Shown piece by piece: positions 49,930 through 58,400 of a DNA stretch of 64,000 bases. Origin of the DNA: Deltaproteobacteria bacterium (GTDB lineage: Bacteria > Desulfobacterota > BSN033 > UBA1163). The DNA lies in NCBI GenBank assembly GCA_016875195.1, contig VGRY01000006.1, positions 27,541 through 91,540 of the forward strand, read 5' to 3'. How positions within the stretch are numbered: the first letter of the stretch is position 1; every line of letters starts with the position of its first letter. A program made the translations under genes and the position numbers. The notes below the pieces were generated by a model. It ran no database searches, was not told where the DNA came from, and was given only the letters and a program-made list of their open reading frames with translations.

Positions 49930-49983
49930 AATACGAAGCTGTATTGGGGACGAGGGCGTCAAGGTTTATTGACGCCTTTTTTT
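49930..49983 (+). promoter_or_regulatory. ANTAR-type antiterminator/terminator module (kinase operon leader)
   Basis: P1 AATAC-GAAGCT-GTATT at 49930-49945. P2 GAC-GAGGGC-GTC at 49949-49960. Terminator GGCGTCAA-ggttta-TTGACGCC at 49955-49976 plus T7. Confidence 0.75.
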
Positions 49984-50201
49984 ATCCGCCTACGCAGAAG
50001 ACCACCCCGCTCAGCGGGATGGATGAATGCGCATAATTGCCAAAGTAAGTTATGGGTTTATAAATTACTGCTTCGGCGGATTTCGCTGAAGGCGGATAAC
50101 CCTCCGAAGCCTTGGCGTAGGAGGGTATCTTTATGGAGATACTACGAGCTTTGCCCGTGGGGCTCCATCGGTAGCCACTGGCCCAGCGGGTCAACAGTAG
50201 A

Positions 50202-51929
50202 ATGGGATCAATTGGATTGAATAAAAAAAATTCAATTCCCGATGCGAAAGAGATCAATGCTTTGCTTGAGATCAGTAAAGCCATCGCTTCGGGTCTCTAT
50301 CTCGAGGATGTCCTTCGTCTGATCGTGACGGTGACCGCTAATGTGATGGACTCGAAGATCTGTTCTCTCTGGATCCTCGATGAAAGAGATCAGAGGTTGA
50401 AATTAAAAGCCACCCAGTCCATCAGCGAAGAATACCTCAGGGAGAGAAGCCTGGCTCTTGGAGAGGGAGTGGTCGGTCATGTCGCCCTTCATAATAAACC
50501 CATGGCCATTGCCAATGTCCTTCAAGACCCTCTCTATAAGGAGAAAGAGTTAGCAAAGAGGGAAGGATTGGTCTCCATGCTCAGCGTGCCAATGTGCATC
50601 AAGGAGAAGGTGATCGGGGTGATCAACTGTTATTCGTCCTCCCCTCGAACCTTTTCGAAGTCGGAAGAGGAGATGCTCTCAACCGTGGCCAATCAGGCTG
50701 CCATCTGCATCGAAAACTCCGGCCTCATGGAAACCCTCGATATCGATGAAATCCTGAGGCTGGTGCTGGAAGGGGTGATCAAGAACATCGGATTTGATCG
50801 GGCACGACTCTATCTGATCAACGAAAAGAGAAATGTCCTTGAATGCAAGATGGCTGTGGGAGTGGATGTGGAGAAGATCAAAGGGATTGAACTCCCTCTT
50901 ACCCTCGAAAGCAGTGTGGTATCGAGGTCTGTGATTGAAAAGAAACCCTATTTCATTCCCGATGCCAGGAATGACCAAAGGGTCAACCCTGTTTTAAAAG
51001 AGAAATTCAATCTTCACTCCCTCGTGGTCATTCCTCTCTTCACAAAAGAAAAAGTTCTCGGGGTGATTGCCGCAGACCATATCGAACCCGGAAGAAGGCT
51101 GACACAGGAAACGCTCGATTCGGTGATGACTTTTGCTCAACAGGCAGGATTGGCCATTCAAAATGCCTCCATGTATCAGGAGCTCAAGAATTTCAGCCAG
51201 CAGATGGAGGAGAAGATTGAAAAGACAACTGCGGACCTCAGAAAAACAGAGGCTCAGTTGATTCGGTCTGAAAAACTGGCAGCCCTGGGTCAACTGGCCG
51301 CAGGCATTGCCCATGAAATCCGAAATCCTCTGACCAGCATCAACATCCTCATTCATTCGATGAGGGAGAAATTGCCCTCTGAACATTCACAGCAGGAAGA
51401 CCTGAAAGTGATCGAAGAGGAAATCTATCGCATGGATGAGATCGTCAGCCAGTTTCTTCGATTCGCAAAACCCGCTTCTCCATTCCTTGAAAAAACAGAT
51501 CCCCTCTCTATTTTTGAGGAGATCCTTCAATTGCTCAGGCCTCAGATAGAAAGGCAACGCATCATGGTTGAAAAGGAGTTCCAAGCCCTTCCTATGATCC
51601 TGATCGACCGTGAGCAGATGAAACAGGCCATGCTCAATCTTCTGCTCAATGCCATCCAGGCCATGCCGAAAGGAGGTCATCTGATCCTTTCAGGTCGGAA
51701 TTCCGAAGATGGCCAATGGGTTTGTCTATCCGTCCAGGACTCCGGAATAGGAATCTCTTCAGAAGACATGGATAAACTGTTCGACCCCTTCTTCTCCACA
51801 AAAGAGGGGGGAATGGGCCTTGGCCTCTCCATCACCCATCGCATCATTGACCAGCATCATGGAAAGATTGAGGTGAATAGCATCCCTGAAAAGGGAACGC
51901 TTTTTACAGTTTGGTTACCTATTTCATGA
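50202..51929 (+). CDS. Sensor histidine kinase: GAF-GAF-HisKA-HATPase_c
   Basis: First GAF is 106/157 identical to the GAF of the ANTAR protein (hand alignment). H-box AHEIRNPLTSI. N/G boxes LLLNAIQAM and DSGIGI..GGMGLGL. Confidence 0.9.
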   Translation: MGSIGLNKKNSIPDAKEINALLEISKAIASGLYLEDVLRLIVTVTANVMDSKICSLWILDERDQRLKLKATQSISEEYLRERSLALGEGVVGHVALHNKPMAIANVLQDPLYKEKELAKREGLVSMLSVPMCIKEKVIGVINCYSSSPRTFSKSEEEMLSTVANQAAICIENSGLMETLDIDEILRLVLEGVIKNIGFDRARLYLINEKRNVLECKMAVGVDVEKIKGIELPLTLESSVVSRSVIEKKPYFIPDARNDQRVNPVLKEKFNLHSLVVIPLFTKEKVLGVIAADHIEPGRRLTQETLDSVMTFAQQAGLAIQNASMYQELKNFSQQMEEKIEKTTADLRKTEAQLIRSEKLAALGQLAAGIAHEIRNPLTSINILIHSMREKLPSEHSQQEDLKVIEEEIYRMDEIVSQFLRFAKPASPFLEKTDPLSIFEEILQLLRPQIERQRIMVEKEFQALPMILIDREQMKQAMLNLLLNAIQAMPKGGHLILSGRNSEDGQWVCLSVQDSGIGISSEDMDKLFDPFFSTKEGGMGLGLSITHRIIDQHHGKIEVNSIPEKGTLFTVWLPIS

Positions 51930-51974
51930 TGACCGATGAACCATCATCTGTTCATCGTATTGAAAGGGGCAAAC

Positions 51975-53414
51975 ATGCAGACGATCCTCATTGTTGACGA
52001 TGATAAATCGATCCGCTACTCTCTGAAAAGGATGCTGGAAGATCATTTTTCCATCCTCACTGCCCAGAATGGAGAAGAAGCCCTATCGCGCATGAAAGAA
52101 TCTTCCCCTGATCTGATCATCATGGATATCAAGATGCCTGGCCGGAACGGAATCGATGTGTTGAAGGAGATGAAGTTCCTTGACCCGAAGTCCCTCATCA
52201 TTCTGATGACCGCCTATGGCACTACAGAGACGGCGATCGAGGCGATGAAATTTGGGGCTTTCGATTACATCCTCAAACCTTTCCCGATTCCACAGATGAA
52301 AGAGTTGGTGCAAAAGGCGATCGCATTGCGGAAACTGATGAAGGAAGAAGTCTCCTATGCATCCGAACCGGATCAACAAAAAGAGGAAGAACAGATCATC
52401 GGTTCCGCTCCCAAGATGCAGGAGATCTATAAGGTGATCGGACAGGTGGCTCCCAGCGATGTCACTGTCCTCCTCAGAGGCGAGAGTGGAACGGGAAAGG
52501 AATTAGTGGCACGTGCAATCTATCACTACAGCCTCCGTTCGAGCTACCCGTTTCTTCCGGTCAATTGTGCTGCCATCCCGGATACCCTTCTCGAAAGTGA
52601 ACTCTTCGGCCATGAAAAAGGAGCTTTTACCGGTGCCATCTCCAGGCGCATCGGAAAACTGGAACAATGTCAGGGAGGGACCATTTTTCTGGATGAAATC
52701 GGTGACATGTCTCTCTCCACTCAGGCCAAACTCCTCAGAATCCTTCAGGAAAAGACTTTTGAAAGGCTTGGGGGAAGGGAAACGCTCAGGGTGGATATTC
52801 GATTTATCGTGGCAACGAATAAAGATCTTGAAGAGGCGATGGTCAGGGGGGAATTTCGTGAAGACCTCTATTACCGGCTCAATGTGGTCTCTATCAAGAT
52901 TCCTCCTTTAAGGGAAAGAAAAGAGGATATCCCGAACCTCACCTCTTACTTCTTAAAAAAATTCAATCGTGATTTAAAGCGGAAGGTCGCCGGGATCACT
53001 CCATCGGCAATGGGAAAAATCACCTCCTACGGATGGCCAGGAAATGTGAGACAATTGGAAAATGTTCTGAAAAGAGCCGTGCTCCTCTGCCAGGGAGAAT
53101 GGATTCTTGATGATCAACTCCTTCTTGATGTAGAAGAGAGACGAGAGGCTGCAGAGGTTCTGAAAGGAAAGACATTCGAGGGCCTACTCGATTCCCTCTT
53201 TATGGAACTCACGGAAACCTCCCCGGACCGGGAAGGTCTGGATATGGTTTCAGCCATTGAGAAAGGGTTGATCCTTCGTGCCCTTCAAAAGACGAACGGA
53301 AACCAGGTTCAGGCAGCTTCGCTTCTCGGAATCAATCGGGGCACGCTCCGGAGCAAAATGGAGCGGTATCACATTAGAAAAGAGGTGCTGGTTTCCGAAG
53401 AGGATAATGAATAA
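51975..53414 (+). CDS. NtrC-family sigma54-dependent response regulator (REC-AAA+-Fis HTH)
   Basis: MQTILIVDDD..DLIIMDIKMPG, GESGTGKE, GAFTGA, and C-terminal AASLLGINRGTLRSKM. ATG 51975 with SD aagggg is preferred over 51936. Confidence 0.9.
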   Translation: MQTILIVDDDKSIRYSLKRMLEDHFSILTAQNGEEALSRMKESSPDLIIMDIKMPGRNGIDVLKEMKFLDPKSLIILMTAYGTTETAIEAMKFGAFDYILKPFPIPQMKELVQKAIALRKLMKEEVSYASEPDQQKEEEQIIGSAPKMQEIYKVIGQVAPSDVTVLLRGESGTGKELVARAIYHYSLRSSYPFLPVNCAAIPDTLLESELFGHEKGAFTGAISRRIGKLEQCQGGTIFLDEIGDMSLSTQAKLLRILQEKTFERLGGRETLRVDIRFIVATNKDLEEAMVRGEFREDLYYRLNVVSIKIPPLRERKEDIPNLTSYFLKKFNRDLKRKVAGITPSAMGKITSYGWPGNVRQLENVLKRAVLLCQGEWILDDQLLLDVEERREAAEVLKGKTFEGLLDSLFMELTETSPDREGLDMVSAIEKGLILRALQKTNGNQVQAASLLGINRGTLRSKMERYHIRKEVLVSEEDNE

Positions 53415-53589
53415 ATTTCTCTGTTTCAAAAACAGATGATCACCTTTTTTAACCAACCTGATTAATTTTCATCATTTCCACCTAACCCTCTATCTTTGTC
53501 CAGGAGTTTCATCTCTTTCTTACTAAAATAATCCTATGTGATTACAAAAGGTTACAACATATTAACTTGCCTGCGTAGATTACGAACAA

Positions 53590-53605
53590 TGGCATATTAT
53601 TTGCT
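53590..53605 (+). promoter_or_regulatory. sigma54 promoter TGGCAT-N5-TTGCT upstream of glnA
   Basis: tggcatattatttgct with canonical spacing. The predicted TSS at ~53616 is 4 nt before P1. Confidence 0.75.
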
Positions 53606-53619
53606 ATTAATATTTCGTT

Positions 53620-53684
53620 AATACGATGGGGTATTAGAATGACAAGGGCGTCTTTCTTAAAACGGAGAGACGCCTTTTTATTTT
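53620..53684 (+). promoter_or_regulatory. ANTAR-type antiterminator/terminator module (glnA leader)
   Basis: P1 AATAC-GATGGG-GTATT at 53620-53635. P2 GAC-AAGGGC-GTC at 53641-53652. Terminator GGCGTCTTTC-ttaaaacg-GAGAGACGCC at 53647-53674 plus TTTTTATTTT. Confidence 0.75.
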
Positions 53685-53690
53685 AATAAA

Positions 53691-53780
53691 GCACGAATAC
53701 CACGAATGAATAACGAATTACGCGAATCAAAACATAGAAGGTTTTATTCGGTAAATTCGTTATTATTCGCCTAATTCGTA
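53691..53780. repeat. Imperfect palindrome (E8) of CACGAAT/ATTCGTG-type words inside the glnA 5' UTR
   Basis: gcacgaataccacgaatgaataacgaattacgcgaatc ... attcggtaaattcgttattattcgcctaattcgta. Confidence 0.7.
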
Positions 53781-53799
53781 ACTACACAAGGAGGAGAAG

Positions 53800-55122
53800 A
53801 TGGACAAAGCAACTGTATTGAAGATGGCGAAGGAGAATGATGTCAAATTTATCCGACTCTGGTTTACGGACATTCTGGGATTTCTGAAGGGGTTTTCGAT
53901 CACCATCCATGAACTCGAAGGGGCCCTTGAGGAAGGCATGGGGTTTGATGGTTCCTCGATCCAGGGATATGCTCGAATCGACGAAAGCGATATGATCGCT
54001 AAGCCTGACCCAAAGACCTTCCAGATCATCCCGTGGCGACCCAAAGAGAATGCAGTAGCCCGGATGTTTGCCGATGTCTATGAACCTGATGGAACCCCCT
54101 ACAAAGGCGACCCCAGATTCGTCTTAAAAAAGACTCTTAAGAAGGCGCATGACCTTGGATATACCTTATATGTCGGGCCTGAACTGGAATATTTCTACTT
54201 TAAAAGCAGTGATGGGGCGCCACAGATTCTTGATAAAGGAGGATATTTTGACCTCACCCCTCTGGATGTGGCAACCGAACTCCGGCGTGAAACCATTCTC
54301 ACACTTGAAGCCATGGGTATCAGGGTGGAATACAGCCATCACGAGGTAGCCCCGAGCCAGCATGAGATCGATCTCCGTTATGCCGAGGCTCTGAGCATGG
54401 CAGACAATGCCATGACCTATCGCCTCGTGGTGAAGGAGGTTGCATTGAGACACGGTGTCTACGCCACATTCATGCCCAAACCCATTTTTAAACAGAACGG
54501 AAGCGGGATGCACACCCATCAGTCCCTTTTCAAGGGTGACACGAATGTCTTCTTCGATCCGAAGGATGAATTCCATCTTTCAAAGATTGCCAAGTCTTAT
54601 ATGGCCGGAATTTTAAAACATTCAAAGGAAATCACCTCCATCACCTCCCAGTGGATCAACTCTTACAAAAGACTTGTCCCAGGATACGAAGCGCCGGTCT
54701 ATATCGCCTGGGCCCGGAGAAACCGTTCGGCACTGGTCCGGGTTCCCATGTATAAACCTGGAAAAGAGAAAGCCACACGGATGGAACTCCGCTCCCCCGA
54801 TCCGGCATGCAATCCCTATCTGGCCTTTGCTGTCATGTTGGCTGCAGGCCTGAAGGGAATCGAGAAGGGTTATGAACTTCCGTCTCCTGTTGAGGAGGAC
54901 ATTTTTGAGATGTCTGAAGAGGCACGGAAAAGACACGGAATCGAATCGCTTCCGGGAAGTCTATATGAAGCCATCCAGCTCACCGAACAGAGTGAACTGG
55001 TAAGAGAAACCCTTGGAGACCACATCTTCCATAAATTCATTGAAAACAAGAAGATCGAATGGGATCAGTACCGGACCCACATCTCCCAGTTCGAATTGGA
55101 GAAGTATCTGCCTATTCTTTAA
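53800..55122 (+). CDS. glnA: Glutamine synthetase type I, paralog 2 (complete, 440 aa)
   Basis: GMGFDGSSIQGY, GPELEYFYF, HHEVAPSQHEIDLRY, NGSGMHTHQSLF, RVPMYKPGKEKATRMELRSPD. SD aaggagga upstream. Confidence 0.95.
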   Translation: MDKATVLKMAKENDVKFIRLWFTDILGFLKGFSITIHELEGALEEGMGFDGSSIQGYARIDESDMIAKPDPKTFQIIPWRPKENAVARMFADVYEPDGTPYKGDPRFVLKKTLKKAHDLGYTLYVGPELEYFYFKSSDGAPQILDKGGYFDLTPLDVATELRRETILTLEAMGIRVEYSHHEVAPSQHEIDLRYAEALSMADNAMTYRLVVKEVALRHGVYATFMPKPIFKQNGSGMHTHQSLFKGDTNVFFDPKDEFHLSKIAKSYMAGILKHSKEITSITSQWINSYKRLVPGYEAPVYIAWARRNRSALVRVPMYKPGKEKATRMELRSPDPACNPYLAFAVMLAAGLKGIEKGYELPSPVEEDIFEMSEEARKRHGIESLPGSLYEAIQLTEQSELVRETLGDHIFHKFIENKKIEWDQYRTHISQFELEKYLPIL

Positions 55123-55130
55123 AAAAGTTT

Positions 55131-55338
55131 AACGGTTAGGGTAACGAGGCCTCTGCCTACCGGCCCCGGGCCCGACCGAGGGTGGGGCAGGCAGGCGCTT
55201 CGGTTAATTTTAAATTGACGTTTGTCGTTGTCGAAGCTCGTATCGATGCTCGACTGTCGAAACTGGAGGTTCGAATCCATTTTTGCCGGGTTTCGAGCAT
55301 CGAGCTTCCAGCTTCGATACCAGCGTCGTCACCGTTAA
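55131..55338. repeat. Two adjacent imperfect palindromes (E9)
   Basis: gcctctgcctacc..ggtggggcaggcaggc, then gtcgaagctcgtatcgatgctcga .. tcgagcatcgagcttccagcttcgatacc. Confidence 0.6.
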
Positions 55339-55429
55339 ACGATATTCTCTTGAACCTTAATTGATACGGATTTTGTCACCGTAACCCTTAGAGTACTTCC
55401 GAAAACGAATCAAGGTGAGGTGAACGAAA

Positions 55430-58400
55430 GTGAGCCAGAAGAGAGAAAAGTTAGCCTGGAGAAAGTATATTGAAGATTTTTTACAGCAAAGCCCGGACTT
55501 GAAGGCCATTTCCGACCCAGAGAAACTCGAATACTACCGGAATGACCTCAATGTGGACCTCCCGCCTTTGATCCGGGGCCTGATGCTCAAAAGCCTTCCC
55601 GACCTTATTCTCCAGCCTGCAACTGAAGAACACCTCCTCAATATCTTTGCATTTGCAAGCAAACATAAAATCCCTTTAACCGCCAGGGGCGCGGGAACAT
55701 GGGGTTACGGTGGAGCTGTCCCAACCCGCGGAGGAATTGTTATCGACCTTAGCTCGATGGATACGATTGAGGTTGATCCAGGAACCCTCCAAGTGACAGT
55801 TGGACCGGGAGCTCGTTTTGCCGATATCCACGCAGAACTTGAAAGACACGGCCTCACCTTACTTACCATGACATCCGGCAAGGGCGGAACCCTTGCAGGC
55901 TGGATGGCTACGGGTGGAATGGGATTCGGAACCTATTATCACGGACCAGTAAAGAATCAGATCATTTCCCTGCGGGTCATTACCCCTGATGGAAATGTTC
56001 TGAATCTAAAAGGGGATGATCCTGAGATCAACCATTTCCTCTCAACAGAAGGGCAGATGGGAATCATCGTAAAGGCCATATTGAAGTCTGGGCAAAAACC
56101 AGCCCATTGGTTTCCATTTGTCGTCCCTTTCGAAAAGGCATCTAACGCATATGCATTTGTCAGTAAACTTGACCGCCATCCATTTATCAAACCCCATGAC
56201 CTCATCGTCTATCATGCAGGATTGGCGCGCGTCCTCCAGTCAAAGTCAAATGGAAGATTGACTGTTGGAGATAAACATCTCGTTCTCATTGCCTTCGCTG
56301 ACCAGGAGCAGTCTCAATTGTTTAGACTCTACCTGGATGAGAGTGGAATTCAAATAGCAGATGAGGAATCAGCCTCTTTTCTCTGGGAGGAACGATTCCT
56401 TCCGATATCCATCAAGCACCTCGGCCCTTCTCTCTTAGCGACAGAGGTGATCCTGCCGCTTGATCAAGTGGGAGCCTATGAAGAAAAGATAAGTGAGTGG
56501 GGGAAGCGGTTGGGCTTAACTTTCTATTCCTCTTCCCATCTCATCAATCGAGATCAGGTCCTCTTTCTTGCCATGATCACCTCTGATCACAGGAAGGCCA
56601 TCTTCTACATCGACCTCATGCTCGTTCCGATGATGGTCAGGCTGGCCATTCAGTTTTACAGCGGAAAGCCCTACGGTCTGGGAATATGGAACACGCCTTT
56701 TCTCCGTGACCTCTTTTCAAAAGAAGAAGTGACAAAACTGGTTCAATATAAGAAGAAGGTAGACCCTCATGGAATCCTCAATCCGGGAAAGTTTTTTACT
56801 GTATCTGGAAAACTGGGTCCTCTTCAGAAGATGATCTTTCATTCGGATATCTTCAACCTCGAACTCACCGCGATGAACTGGCTTCTCTTCAAGCTCTTCT
56901 CCATCATTCCTGAGAAGACCCTTAGGCAGCAACTGCCAGCTTCACCCCTGGGGCTTGAAGGGGTTTCAAATGAGGTCAACTCCTGCGCCCAGTGCGGAAA
57001 TTGTGTCTCCCGATGTCCAGTTTATCGGGCAACAAGAGATGAAACCTTCTCAGCGAGAGGCAAACTTCTGACGATCAAGAGGGCAATGGAGACGAAGAAG
57101 ATCGAGCTGTCAAAGGTCTTACCTCTCTACTTCTGTCTCCACTGCGGCCGTTGTGATGAAGAGTGCCAGGTCAACATCAAACATCGCCCACTTTACAGCA
57201 ACCTCGAAGCCCATTTCTCCAGTACCATCGACTTCCCGATCCAGGAGGTGACCCGCTTCATCCAGGAAGTTGAAAATAGTCCGGAGTTCTACCGGTTCCT
57301 CGACGTGATCAGAACGGGGTTCGACCAGAAAGTTCGTGAACAGCGGCAGACGTTCCCCAGGTACCATGTGGCGATTGACGACGAACACTGTATCCATTGT
57401 GGGACCTGCGTCGATGCCTGCATCTACGGTGTTCGAAAACGTGACGAGAAAGATCCACGTTGCGTGGTGATTGCCGATGAAGCGCTCTGCCGGGGCTGCG
57501 GTTCCTGTCTTGAGCGTTGCCCACAGGTCGCCAAAGGAATCCCGGCAACCACTGTGGAACTCCACCCGGATTACCTGAGCATGCACGACCCGTACTGGAC
57601 GAGTGAAGCCATCACCCGTATCGACCTCGAAGCCACCACCGGAAAGATCCCTGTTTCCGGGACTGGACAGGGAGATCCCCATCGCGGTTACGGCAATGAC
57701 GGGATTCGCTTCGGCCACTTTCATATTGTCGGCCCTGCTCAGAACCTCCTCTATGAAAGTTCTGAGGATGCCATCTCGATCCTGATTGGACAAAGGCCAA
57801 AATACCTGACCTTTGACGGGGAAACTCTCAAAACCCCGCCTCCACGGTTGATCCATTTAAAGACACCCCTGATCCTCGATATCATGCCCATGGATGGAGG
57901 AGAAGATCTGTTGGAGCCCATGTTCGAGGCAGTCCAGCAAACAGGAACCCGACTGACGCTCCGCCTCGAAGAGTTGGAACGTTATGAGTCGCGGATTGCC
58001 GATCGGATGAAGAATCTAATATTGAGATTAACTTCTGAAGACTTGAAAAGCCTTCTCAATGGAAAGGCATGGCCGGAGGTGTTGAAAAACAATCCTCCTG
58101 ATCTGGTCGAAATCGAGCTGGAGGGAGAAGCCTTAAAAAAGGCAGAGAAAATTTCAGCGCTCCTCCCGAATTCGGTTCTCTGTGCTGTCATTAAAATTGA
58201 AAAGGGATTTGTTGATGCAGAGCTTCGGCCCACCTCTGCCCTGAAGAAAAAACTGGAGTCCCTCTTCGAATCGCCTTTTGATGCTATCTGCCTCACTTCT
58301 GATTATGATTCAGAAAAAGGGTACTACCCCACTACCGATGCTGTTCCTGCTGTTCACCGTTTTCTCGTAGAAAAGAAAATTCGCCATCGCTTTTCTATCC

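Noticed and set aside
49969-50220. 83-aa ORF in the kinase leader (and 49982-50284 on the minus strand)
   Set aside because: It is Arg/Trp-rich, has no SD, starts in the terminator U-run, and overlaps a pairing-rich non-coding segment.
55182-55364. 60-aa ORF between glnA and the giant gene
   Set aside because: It lies entirely within the palindromic elements and its translation reflects the repeated words.
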